From sequence record NC_047749.1: a stretch of DNA of 64,000 nt. The stretch is one strand, 5' to 3'. The stretch comes from Escherichia phage DT571/2. The position numbers and the translations under genes were made by a program. The notes under the pieces are model-generated. The model saw only the letters and a program-made list of their open reading frames with translations, was not told the origin of the DNA and did not search any database. How positions within the stretch are numbered: the stretch's first letter is position 1; every line of letters starts with the position of its first letter. Positions 40,401 to 48,941 of the stretch are shown here, one piece after another.

Positions 40401-41090
40401 AACAGGAGTACCTGTCTGAGTACCTACTATAACACCAAATTCTTCTAGACGATTTAGCTGGTCACCTAGTTTAAGTTGTTCGAATGCAGATTGCAAAACG
40501 AAGATGTTAGAAGCAATAGCAGCGTACAGAAGAGGTAAACCACCACCAACTTTAGCCATTGCAGCAAAATCACGAGTTGCACCGCGTGCGGAACCAGAAG
40601 TATTACCAATGGCTCTAGAAGCCCTGCCAGCAGCACCAGCAGTGTCATTAAAACCTCTAGTTGTACCACCTAAAACTCTATTGGTGTCATACAATCTATC
40701 TTGAACTTTCTCTGTTGCAGCTGCAACATCATTACCCATTACTTTAACAGACCTAGATACTCCATCAAATCCAGCCTCTAGTTTGTCTGCTACTTCAATC
40801 ATTGCAATAGATAGATCATCCAGCTTAGCACCTATACTATCAATAGATTTAGTGATACCAGCCATACCCCTACTAGCCTGCATTTTAGTAAGACTTTTTG
40901 CTGCTCTATCTGCCGCCCTCTCAATGGAGTATAGAGTTTTGGGCATTTTACCTAACTGTTCATTTGTCAGTTCGGAAGCAGCAGCAGCATTTTCTAATGC
41001 ATCAGATACGTTTTCAATAGACTTTGCAGTACGGGTTGCCCCCTTCTGTTTAACGTCTATTAGTAATTCTCGTATTAGCTTATCAGTCAT
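37410..41090 (-). CDS. Tail tape-measure protein (T5 pb2-like, 1226 aa)
   Basis: Long, Ala/Gln-rich coiled-coil protein with hydrophobic segments; located between tail tube/chaperone genes and the distal tail protein. Confidence 0.75.
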   Translation of the reverse strand: MTDKLIRELLIDVKQKGATRTAKSIENVSDALENAAAASELTNEQLGKMPKTLYSIERAADRAAKSLTKMQASRGMAGITKSIDSIGAKLDDLSIAMIEVADKLEAGFDGVSRSVKVMGNDVAAATEKVQDRLYDTNRVLGGTTRGFNDTAGAAGRASRAIGNTSGSARGATRDFAAMAKVGGGLPLLYAAIASNIFVLQSAFEQLKLGDQLNRLEEFGVIVGTQTGTPVQSLARSLQEAAGYAISFEEAMRQASSASAYGFDAEQLNKFGLVARRAAAVLGVDMTDALNRVIKGVSKQEIELLDELGVTIRLNDAYADYVKQLNAANTGITYNINSLTTFQKQQAYANAVIAESTKRFGYLDEVLRATPWEQFAANADAALRTIQQAAAKYLGPVIDAINTVFYTSQASISAEAARAQEQTNKQIDPTNVGAVALSLSASEEGYNKALDMYKESLDKRNKLKSEFDKRMEQADFYTKLAIRQVGEGIPAGLATAGASEANKKFVEETAAMGLQVARLDKEVTDSTENLNAWKSAYQAAGAAAAKANPEFQKQINLQRDATDPGAVYDFNSTVLKGLTEQQKAYNQTKKTASDLANDIQNVAQNTDTAAKTSATLADAIKNIESLSLGTGKSADEYVKNLNLGYNTLSEMKTASQALSEYVKLTGNETKNQLAVQQKIADVYNQTKDKEKAQEAGRRLELQQLEEQEAALRRVLQTNQGNKAVEREIEKIQLEKIKLTNQGMEAQKKVKDYTDKILGIDREIALLNDRTMTSTQYRLEQLRLELQLEQEKTELYSKQADGQAKVEQSRRAQAQINRELWEAENQATASHVSALMDALEVSQTQRNVTGQSQILTERLSILQQQLELSKGNTEEEIKYRNEIYKTSAALEQLKKQREDQTYKSVVSSLGGTFTPTNGLSGADKEFADFENRMSMYDQAIAKMSEVDSASTALANSIGNFSLAVVANAQDSLDSITTISAGMQMVGQMMAYSANQQISAIDQAIAAEQKRDGKSEESKAKIKKLEAEKTKIQQREAKKQIIISTAVAMMNAAATQPFLPLGLTMMATAAAAGALSLAAASNASSMPSVDSGANTTSYLTLGERQKSIDVSMSANAGELSYVRGEKGIGNANSFVPRAEGGNMYPGVSYQMGEHGTEVITPMVPMKATPNDELKNSSNSTSGRPIILNISAMDAASFREFASSNSGALRDAVELALNENGASLKTLGNS

Positions 41091-41102
41091 AATTTATTTT
41101 TC

Positions 41103-41138
41103 CCAATAAAAAAGGCTCTGGGCATATCACCCAGAGCC
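41103..41138 (-). terminator. Intrinsic terminator/attenuator hairpin just upstream of the tape-measure gene
   Basis: On the - strand: 9-bp stem ggctctggg/cccagagcc followed by ttttttatt; lies between the ORF ending at 41175 and the pb2-like start at 41090. Confidence 0.5.
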
Positions 41139-41174
41139 AAGCCTCATCGTGGAACGCCCCATTGGAGGAAACTT

Positions 41175-41666
41175 TTACCGTGCTCGAGATTTGGCATGTG
41201 GCTTAACGTTAGGTATTCTACCGTTTTGCGGTTTATGCTTCTCAGCACGTTTACGTGCAGCGTCTACAGCTTTAGCATCAAATATATTGATAATGTGTAG
41301 AACAAATTCTTTTTCTATAGGATCGGTAATCCCATAAATATCGAATAAAACACCTAAAGCAGCTTTGTCTTTGCCTATAAATATAGGAAAGTCACCCGGT
41401 ATGAAACAGTCAACTAGACTGTTATAGATATTCATGCTAATAGCTACAATAGGTGGAAAGTCTTCAAGTTCAACAGGCATAGCCTTAGGATCAGGTTCTA
41501 TACCCATTGACTCACAAAGTATTAAATATTGTTGTTTAGTCATTTTAGATGCTGAGCTTTTAATACACTTATCTGCAAAATCAGCAACAGCATCTAGTAG
41601 TTCTTTACGCTTTTGAGCTACGAAAAGTGTCGAGGTGGAACACTGTCTGGTTGATCCAAGAATCAA
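41175..41666 (-). CDS. Hypothetical tail-assembly-region protein
   Basis: Between tail tube and tape measure. Track ORF overlaps the upstream ORF by 62 nt; true start may be the internal ATG near 41543. Confidence 0.4.
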   Translation of the reverse strand: MILGSTRQCSTSTLFVAQKRKELLDAVADFADKCIKSSASKMTKQQYLILCESMGIEPDPKAMPVELEDFPPIVAISMNIYNSLVDCFIPGDFPIFIGKDKAALGVLFDIYGITDPIEKEFVLHIINIFDAKAVDAARKRAEKHKPQNGRIPNVKPHAKSRAR

Positions 41667-42024
41667 ACGCAGCAGAGTTCTGCATAAGCATTACAGCATT
41701 ATCACGACTAAAGGGAACTTCAGTAGTAGGATCAGCATCTGTTTCAATCAGCATCAGCTTTTCAACGTCGCCTACAGTCAAACCAGTCCAACCTTTAATT
41801 GCAGCATCAACGAAAGCTTCAATAAACTTATCGTCATCCTGTACTTGAATTAGGGTACCATTAACCCATTCATCACGTTTGGCAGAAGAGATAACACGCT
41901 TAGAAGTAGCACGAGACATATAGTTAAGCTCTAGCTTAAAGTTTGGCATACCTGGGTATGAAAGAGTAACAGTACGGGTATCAAGAGTAATATCTTTTAA
42001 GTTAATCATTTTTAATTTCTCCAA
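41605..42024 (-). CDS. Hypothetical tail-assembly-region protein (139 aa)
   Basis: Position typical of tail assembly chaperones. Confidence 0.45.
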   Translation of the reverse strand: MEKLKMINLKDITLDTRTVTLSYPGMPNFKLELNYMSRATSKRVISSAKRDEWVNGTLIQVQDDDKFIEAFVDAAIKGWTGLTVGDVEKLMLIETDADPTTEVPFSRDNAVMLMQNSAAFDSWINQTVFHLDTFRSSKA

Positions 42025-42904
42025 AGAAATCTATTCTCACAGGGTCTGAAGAAGCAGTAGGTATAATATCCCACTCAACTTTATACACATCTGAGAAATT
42101 TAGGCGTTTTGAAATACGTGCTAAAGGAAAATCTATAGAAATATTATTATTTCTTATATTTAAAGGTACATCGGTTTCTGGTTCAATATTGTAAACCATA
42201 TCTCCAGCAAAACGTTTTAAGTAGTATAGGGAAATGGTTGCTGAAGCATTCATTTCATTTACATAGGCTCTTTTATTATTATAGATTTTATTTATATCAA
42301 AAACACTCTTATCTTCTCTCCAGGAGCATTGCTGTTGAAAAGATAAAGAAGCGGAAATAAGACCAGGTAAAATGTTACCATTAGTAGAAACTATTACCGG
42401 GCTATAGGACATTGCTTCACCCTGTATAATAGAAGCTGCTTCTCTATATGTAGATACTTCGGAAAATTTCCCTGATTCGATACCAACGTTAAGAATTGGT
42501 ATATTCTTATCCAAAGAAAAATCTACAGTAGATACATAGCAGTTCTCAAAATATACACAGTTATTATCTTTATTTACTATATAGATATTAAACATAATAG
42601 GTTCAATATTGTTACTATATAGTGGTAGTAAGAAAGTATTACCTTTTCTATCAAAACCTAGCCATTCAAAAAAGTTAGCTTCAGTAAGTGTATTACTAAA
42701 ATTTATTGCTAGAGAGATAGAAGAAGGAGTTTGAGCATTTATAACAGAGTCTGCATAGTTAGTTCTACGATGAATAGTCCTACGAAGAGTCTTAAATTCT
42801 TCGTAGGAGGTTTGTACATCGTAGTTTGATAGGGCATCAAAATGAAATGCCCTACCATCATACTCAACTATAACCTTTGACTCTCGCATTAGAGAGTAGT
42901 ACAT
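42002..42904 (-). CDS. Minor tail protein (300 aa)
   Basis: Immediately downstream of the tail tube gene; no motifs recognised. Confidence 0.45.
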   Translation of the reverse strand: MYYSLMRESKVIVEYDGRAFHFDALSNYDVQTSYEEFKTLRRTIHRRTNYADSVINAQTPSSISLAINFSNTLTEANFFEWLGFDRKGNTFLLPLYSNNIEPIMFNIYIVNKDNNCVYFENCYVSTVDFSLDKNIPILNVGIESGKFSEVSTYREAASIIQGEAMSYSPVIVSTNGNILPGLISASLSFQQQCSWREDKSVFDINKIYNNKRAYVNEMNASATISLYYLKRFAGDMVYNIEPETDVPLNIRNNNISIDFPLARISKRLNFSDVYKVEWDIIPTASSDPVRIDFFGEIKND

Positions 42905-42908
42905 TTAT

Positions 42909-44315
42909 TTATTCACCAGCACTAACTGTGATAGTTTTAGTACCTTCTACACCAGAACCGTCTTTAGCTACAGCCTTCACAATAACTTCGCCCGTTTTAG
43001 AAACATCAGCAGTTAATAGTCCAGATTCGGCATCAATCGTAGCGGCATCACCACTAGAAATAGACCAAGTCACAGCCGTATTAGTAGCTTCTGGAGGGGT
43101 TACCTCAACAGACATCTGCAAAGTATCACTATTTGTTACAGAAGTAGCATCAGCAGCAGATTTAACTGTGATTGATTCGACCAGTATTGGTGGAGTTTCA
43201 GCACCATCCCCCGTAGCAATCAGATTAGCCACAGTAGTTTTTGTATACTTGTTAGAAAATCCAAGATAACCTTCGTCACCAGTATCCAAATCTGTAGGAA
43301 TAGCCTTAAACTCTACTGAAGTACCAAGTACATCATCAGTCTCAATAGTAGGAATGTTAACGTGCGCCTGTTTAGCAACTAACACAGCTGCCGGACGTTC
43401 ATCATCATATTCACCACCAAGGATAAGTGCAATCTCAAAACGGTTAACTACCTTAAGGGTTCTGACAAGATCTTTGTACAGTTCCATGGAACCAAGAGAC
43501 TTATCATTAAGGTATGCTGTCAAAGAACCCGTTAACTCAAACGCACCCGTAAATGAGCCGATTGGAATATTTACACGTGACATAATATTCGGGGTTAGGT
43601 ACGTGATGTTGTTATTAATGGTAAAAGTACCACCAGTAATAGGAATATCATATTCCTTATCAGAATCCATATCCTTAATTTTTAGGATAGTTAACTTGTT
43701 CTTAATGTAAGAACTCTGAATAGTCATATAGGTTTCATCATCAATACCTAGTGCATCTGGATCAAATGGTTGCTCATCCAGTGGGATTAGCTGATTACCA
43801 TTACCAGACCAAGTTACACGACCAATATCTTCAATATCAACGTTAACTTCTGCCTGGTTGATCTGGCAAGAGTCGATGTAACTCCACGCATTGTCAGTTA
43901 GAATGTAAATATGCAGCATAGCCAGTTCGTGATATGCGTTATCTTTGAAGTTAACCATGAAGTTAGTAGCATTATTATGTGCTCCAGTATCTCCATCAAG
44001 GTCAATAGCTTTACCACTAGAAAGTGCATGCCATAACATATAGTCAGGAACAATTTGTTTGCCAGTAGTTGTATCCTCGTATGGTAGGATATAGGTGGAA
44101 AAGCTCCACTCAGCCGCGTTCAAGGAATCGTTAAAACGTTTAGAACCACGAGTAGGACGCGGACCAGCTTCGTTAACAGTAATATCTGTTGAGTTACTGT
44201 CCTGACCCCAAGAAATATCATCCTGAACTAGAATCTCTTGCGTGTTGGTCGTATCGTGACCAGTCTTAACCGTAGACACGAAGATTCGAGTATTACGTAA
44301 TAGTTGTAAAGACAT
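42909..44315 (-). CDS. Tail tube protein (T5 pb6-like) with C-terminal Ig-like domain
   Basis: 468 aa; C-terminal ~90 aa Ig-like (BIG2-type) segment ...AVTWSISSGDAATID...KTITVSA. Confidence 0.65.
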   Translation of the reverse strand: MSLQLLRNTRIFVSTVKTGHDTTNTQEILVQDDISWGQDSNSTDITVNEAGPRPTRGSKRFNDSLNAAEWSFSTYILPYEDTTTGKQIVPDYMLWHALSSGKAIDLDGDTGAHNNATNFMVNFKDNAYHELAMLHIYILTDNAWSYIDSCQINQAEVNVDIEDIGRVTWSGNGNQLIPLDEQPFDPDALGIDDETYMTIQSSYIKNKLTILKIKDMDSDKEYDIPITGGTFTINNNITYLTPNIMSRVNIPIGSFTGAFELTGSLTAYLNDKSLGSMELYKDLVRTLKVVNRFEIALILGGEYDDERPAAVLVAKQAHVNIPTIETDDVLGTSVEFKAIPTDLDTGDEGYLGFSNKYTKTTVANLIATGDGAETPPILVESITVKSAADATSVTNSDTLQMSVEVTPPEATNTAVTWSISSGDAATIDAESGLLTADVSKTGEVIVKAVAKDGSGVEGTKTITVSAGE

Positions 44316-44341
44316 TTAATTATTTTCTCCTAATCTGTAAC

Positions 44342-44827
44342 TTATCTGCGAAGTGACCTACGTGGAGGCTGATACCTCACTGTTACATTTATTTCTGCTA
44401 AACCATATGGGGCCAGTAGACCCTCATCTGTACTAACTGATGTAATGCTCATATCAGTCGCCTCACATGGGAAGGTCGATCCATTAGGTTTACTAACAGT
44501 ATATTCTAAATTTCCACCTGTGTCAATAACGGTTTTTATATCCGCTACGAGTTTTTCAAGCTGCTCTTGAATGTCTGTTTTCTCTTTATCATAGACCAGA
44601 ATTGGAAGTTCTAAAAACATCCACTGTTGACCTGAAGGAAGATACTGCCCAGTTTCAGTTCCGATATGAACTGCAACATAAGGAAACTCTCGTATCTCCT
44701 CAAACTTATAAGTTTGACGTGAGACGTTTCCATACAAGTTATTAAAATATTCATCTGGTTGAGAGCCATCCATTTGTTGGGCTATTCGGTCAACCAGAGC
44801 TTGCGCTATACTTGTTCTGTGATCCAT
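44342..44827 (-). CDS. Neck/tail-terminator-region protein (161 aa)
   Basis: Synteny between capsid and tail tube genes. Confidence 0.4.
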   Translation of the reverse strand: MDHRTSIAQALVDRIAQQMDGSQPDEYFNNLYGNVSRQTYKFEEIREFPYVAVHIGTETGQYLPSGQQWMFLELPILVYDKEKTDIQEQLEKLVADIKTVIDTGGNLEYTVSKPNGSTFPCEATDMSITSVSTDEGLLAPYGLAEINVTVRYQPPRRSLRR

Positions 44828-44830
44828 TTA

Positions 44831-45598
44831 TTAGGTCCCTTGATTAACCTTAATTTTGTATCTGGAGTGAATTAAGTCTCTTGCAGCTTTAGCTATCGCC
44901 TCTCCAATTAGTCTTTGAGGGTTTCTAGCACCTGGGTAGGGTCGTAATGACAATCTTCGATATGTAGATACAGCAGGATTAAATACTGAATATGGACGTA
45001 CCATATAATTATATGTAACATTTAATTCAGGAGCACCTTTGCTAGTTCCAGCATCTCTAAGCATAACATCTTTAACTTTTAGAGAATTTGCAAAACGACC
45101 TGTTCTAAATTTAAGTGGAGCTCCTGCTTTTTTCATATCCTTTATTAAGTATTCTTTGGCAACCAACTCCAGAATAACCTTCATATTACTATTTGATACA
45201 AAACGACCAGAAGCCCCTGATACTGCACCTGAGTATCCATCCTCAACATCACTAGGATCACCAAAGTTTACCTGCACTCTACCAGTAGAGCGTTTTTTAC
45301 CTACAGAAGATTTCTTGCCTGCGGTTGATTGAATAAGGCTTTCTAAAGCCCCTAGATCTCCTGTCAGGTCTAAGCTAGAAGAAACTGCTTTTAGAATAGA
45401 GGCTGTCCTAACACTAAGGAGATCCTGTGATACCGGTTTTGAGAATTTAAAAGATACTTGAGCAACAGTACCATCTCTAGTAGGATCCTTTAATCCTGTT
45501 TCAACAGAATATACAACAGTATTCTTATTGTTCTCGGAACGCCCAACATTATCTAGCTGCTCTTTAATAATTCGTGTAGCTAAATCAGAAAGAGACAT
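44831..45598 (-). CDS. Neck-region protein (255 aa)
   Basis: Synteny only. Confidence 0.4.
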   Translation of the reverse strand: MSLSDLATRIIKEQLDNVGRSENNKNTVVYSVETGLKDPTRDGTVAQVSFKFSKPVSQDLLSVRTASILKAVSSSLDLTGDLGALESLIQSTAGKKSSVGKKRSTGRVQVNFGDPSDVEDGYSGAVSGASGRFVSNSNMKVILELVAKEYLIKDMKKAGAPLKFRTGRFANSLKVKDVMLRDAGTSKGAPELNVTYNYMVRPYSVFNPAVSTYRRLSLRPYPGARNPQRLIGEAIAKAARDLIHSRYKIKVNQGT

Positions 45599-46110
45599 TA
45601 TACTCTCCTGTAAACTTCAATAATAGTACGAATATGCTCTGGAATACCAGACTTAGTATTATTAAAAGTAACTGTTTCTCCGCCAATTGTTTTAGCTTGA
45701 CGGTAATCCTGTTTATGCCAGTGATCTACTAACATACATGCTGCAAGTTTGAGATCTTCAGGAATTGGGTTAAATCCACCTTGTGTGTACTCTACATCCA
45801 TATAACCTTCTGGGGGACTAAATTTAAGAAGTATAACCCCATCAGAGTATAACTTATACTGTTCGGGATCTATCTCCTTATCATTAATAGTCATTTTAGT
45901 TACTGAAGTAGCTGAGGGAGAACTTAAAAAGTATTTTTTACGAGTAGGTTTTGTATTGATTAACTGGTCTACCGCATCAGCATCATCCATACCTAAAAGG
46001 CTAGTAATCAGCGCATTGGCAGCAGTAATCATCATCTCTACTCCAGATTCTAGTTCAGGTCGTTTTAAACCACCGTATAATCTATAGTCTTCAGCTGTGA
46101 TGATTTGCAT
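45598..46110 (-). CDS. Head-completion/neck-region protein (170 aa)
   Basis: Immediately downstream of the major capsid gene and terminator. Confidence 0.4.
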   Translation of the reverse strand: MQIITAEDYRLYGGLKRPELESGVEMMITAANALITSLLGMDDADAVDQLINTKPTRKKYFLSSPSATSVTKMTINDKEIDPEQYKLYSDGVILLKFSPPEGYMDVEYTQGGFNPIPEDLKLAACMLVDHWHKQDYRQAKTIGGETVTFNNTKSGIPEHIRTIIEVYRRV

Positions 46111-46120
46111 TTATTTTTCC

Positions 46121-46152
46121 TAATAATAAAAAAAGGAGAGCCGAAGCTCTCC
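46121..46152 (-). terminator. Rho-independent terminator after the major capsid gene
   Basis: On the - strand: ggagagc-uucg-gctctcc followed by tttttttattatt. Confidence 0.75.
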
Positions 46153-46173
46153 TTATCGGCTGAAAAGCCTGTA

Positions 46174-47550
46174 TTAAGATGCAGCGTAAGCACCGGATAC
46201 AACGCCGTTCTCGAAGTAACGTTGCAGGTTAACACGCTGAGTAACGTAGTATGCGTCACGCTGTTTGCCAGCTTGGCGCTCACGTTCAACAGTAACAGCA
46301 CGCTGACGTGGCATCACGAAGTTATCTTTATAAACAATAACTGCGAACTCTTTACCAGCTGCTTTAGCTGGGAAGTACTCAGAAACTACAACCGGCAGAC
46401 CATAAATACGACCAACCTGACCCTGCAGTTTAACAGCATCATTACCAACCTGAGCAACATCCTGCCATTCTTCATCTTCCAGCAGATCGTAGTAAGCATC
46501 CATAGATACAATCAGTACCAGTTTGGACAGTTTCAGACCATGACGGCCCAGCTTACGACGCAGTTTAGAGATAGTTTTAGCAGTTACCAGAACAGAACCA
46601 TCAGCTTTAGCTTCGGTAGTAACTTTAGCACTATCTTCACTAGCAAGAGTCAGCAGACCTTTCGGCTTACCAGAACCATCACCAGTCATGAAGGCTTCTT
46701 CAATAGAAACAGCGTGTGCTTCAATTAGACGCTTACGAAGCAGTGGCAGCAGGGAGAAGATTGCATCTTCTTCAGTTTCATCAGTAATGAAGGATTTAGC
46801 AGCCAGTTTGTAAGTACTGAAGTGGATTTCTGTAAGAGCGCCTGTAACTTCGCTACCAGTAGTATTGTCACTACCATAAGCAGAAGCAGCAACCCAAGTA
46901 GCTCTACCAGCATCCGGTTCAACCAACATAGTAAGAATCTTACTGGACATCGGCAGTTCTTCGAACAGTGCGCCAACTACTAGCTCTTTCTGCAGGTCAC
47001 GGATAATACGCTGAGAGAAAATAGTTTCATAGCTTTCACTAGAAACTTCTACAGAAGAGGACTGATTCACTGCTTTCAGGTGTTTTTGACCGTGTTCGGT
47101 TTCGAATACGCCTTTTTCCATTACATAGGACAACAGAACCAGTTTTTCTACTTCGTCTTCAAAGGTTTCCTGAGTACCGTACAGTGCTTTAGCAACACTA
47201 TCACCAACGAAGGAACGACCTTCACGAGCTGTTAGCAGAGACTTAATTTCGTCCTGAAGACCAACAATAGTTTCCTGTTGTTTTTCTACAGTTTGTGCAA
47301 ACAGTTCTGCACTCTTCTTAGATTTCTCATCCAGAGACTTAACCAGTTCCAGAGCTTGTTCCAGTTTCTGACGATCTTCGCCAACTGCTTTAGAAACCAG
47401 GGCATTCATACGAGCCAGTTCTTTTTCTTCCTGCTCTTTACGCATACGTTCAGCTTCCTGAGCTTTCTGAGCAGCGGTCAGACCTTCCAGAGATTTAGCC
47501 AGATCACCCAGACCAAGTTCTTCTTTCAGCTTATTAATATCAATAGTCAT
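46174..47550 (-). CDS. Major capsid protein precursor (T5 pb8-like, 458 aa) with N-terminal scaffold domain
   Basis: 458 aa; N-terminal ~160 aa charged coiled-coil (scaffolding-like) followed by a capsid-fold-sized domain; highly expressed codon bias. Confidence 0.8.
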   Translation of the reverse strand: MTIDINKLKEELGLGDLAKSLEGLTAAQKAQEAERMRKEQEEKELARMNALVSKAVGEDRQKLEQALELVKSLDEKSKKSAELFAQTVEKQQETIVGLQDEIKSLLTAREGRSFVGDSVAKALYGTQETFEDEVEKLVLLSYVMEKGVFETEHGQKHLKAVNQSSSVEVSSESYETIFSQRIIRDLQKELVVGALFEELPMSSKILTMLVEPDAGRATWVAASAYGSDNTTGSEVTGALTEIHFSTYKLAAKSFITDETEEDAIFSLLPLLRKRLIEAHAVSIEEAFMTGDGSGKPKGLLTLASEDSAKVTTEAKADGSVLVTAKTISKLRRKLGRHGLKLSKLVLIVSMDAYYDLLEDEEWQDVAQVGNDAVKLQGQVGRIYGLPVVVSEYFPAKAAGKEFAVIVYKDNFVMPRQRAVTVERERQAGKQRDAYYVTQRVNLQRYFENGVVSGAYAAS

Positions 47551-47567
47551 TTTTAAATAATTCTCCG

Positions 47568-48200
47568 TTATTCTTTAACGTAGCCTAAAGCTATCGCAAG
47601 TTTTTCTAGTTCAGAAAGATTACGTTCTTGAGCTGGGACAGCTTTAGAACTTATTGCAGTAAAAGATTTACGCCATTCAGTATAATCATGACCATTCATG
47701 CTCTTAGCGAGATTGAATGTTGAGTCCTGATTACAAGGTACAGAAACTACCGAAACTTCGTATAGTTCTAAATCTTTAATAATAAATATATCAGTAGCTT
47801 CATCCCACTCTGCATCTAGGCAGCGGAATCCGATACTAAAAGTTTTCAGTACACCGTTTTTAATTAGTGAAAAGATAGCTGGGTCAGAACTTTCATAGAT
47901 CTCACATTCAATTTCGAGACCCATTTCAGTAGGGTTAAGATCAATACACTTACCGATTGGACGACGATGATCGTGTCCGAAAAGAATAATCGGGTTTTTC
48001 ATGTAGTTAGTAAGTGCATTAGACGTTTTCCATGCAGAAGCAGGAATTACATCGCCAGCGCGATCTTTACTAATTGTATTAGCGAATCCACGGATTTTTA
48101 CAACGCCCTCTTTGGATTCGCTATCAATAGATTTAATATAAGCATCTAAATGAACGGGTGCTGATTTTAACTTGTTATAGTCAATAGCAGCTTGTGTCAT
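47568..48200 (-). CDS. Prohead protease (T5 pb11-like, 210 aa)
   Basis: 210 aa; between decoration/portal and capsid genes. Confidence 0.65.
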   Translation of the reverse strand: MTQAAIDYNKLKSAPVHLDAYIKSIDSESKEGVVKIRGFANTISKDRAGDVIPASAWKTSNALTNYMKNPIILFGHDHRRPIGKCIDLNPTEMGLEIECEIYESSDPAIFSLIKNGVLKTFSIGFRCLDAEWDEATDIFIIKDLELYEVSVVSVPCNQDSTFNLAKSMNGHDYTEWRKSFTAISSKAVPAQERNLSELEKLAIALGYVKE

Positions 48201-48203
48201 TTA

Positions 48204-48941
48204 TTATTCTCCAGGAACAGTAGGATTAACTGTCACAGCACATGTAGTAGAGTCCTTGCTTACTTGCTTACTATCTGTTACAGTTACTTTATAAGAGCCG
48301 GCATCCTCAGCTGCTGCTGCAGGCTTAGTATAGGTAGCTTCTGAAGCATCCGGAATAGGAGAACCATCTTTAGTCCATGCATAAGTATATGGACCAGTAC
48401 CACCAGTTGCAGTAACAGAAAGTGTTAATGCTGCTCCCTCTTCGACTGACATGCTAGCAGCTAAATCTGTAGAAAGAGTTAATGGTGGAATAACCGTAGT
48501 CACACACTCAACAGACGTTATACTAGCTTGTTTACTATCAGTAACTACTACTTTATAAGTACCAGCGTCTTCCGCAGCTGCTGTAGCTTTAGTAAAGTTA
48601 GGTCCTGATGCTTCTAGAGGAGAACCATCCTTAGTCCAAGCATACGTATATGGAGCTGTACCGCCACTAACTGTTACGCTTAGATTAATTGCCGCTCCAG
48701 TATCAACTGCCAGAGTGCTATCTAGATCCTTAGTAAAAGCCAGAGGAGGAAATGCTTTATCATAAGCCTCTACAAATTTCTTCCATACTTTACGGTTAGT
48801 ATGCGCAGATGAAAGTCCTAGTTCTCTACGCAGAAAAGCATAGCTAGGAACATATTCATGCGCAGCGACCGTAGCAAAGAAGATATGAGATTCTGGCAGT
48901 TTTTCACCAAAAATGGTCTTTAGACCATTATAATCAATCAT
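48204..48941 (-). CDS. Capsid decoration protein (pb10-like) with two tandem Ig-like domains
   Basis: Two ~70-aa repeats (LSVTVSGGTAPYTYAWTKDGSP...YKVVVTDSKQ and LSVTATGGTGPYTYAWTKDGSP...YKVTVTDSKQ) after an N-terminal domain. Confidence 0.6.
   Translation of the reverse strand: MIDYNGLKTIFGEKLPESHIFFATVAAHEYVPSYAFLRRELGLSSAHTNRKVWKKFVEAYDKAFPPLAFTKDLDSTLAVDTGAAINLSVTVSGGTAPYTYAWTKDGSPLEASGPNFTKATAAAEDAGTYKVVVTDSKQASITSVECVTTVIPPLTLSTDLAASMSVEEGAALTLSVTATGGTGPYTYAWTKDGSPIPDASEATYTKPAAAAEDAGSYKVTVTDSKQVSKDSTTCAVTVNPTVPGE

Noticed and set aside
41605-41666. Programmed -1 frameshift between the two ORFs upstream of the tape-measure gene
   Set aside because: The downstream ORF is in the +1 frame relative to the upstream ORF, not -1, and no slippery heptamer was seen; overlap is more likely a mis-set start (ATG near 41543).
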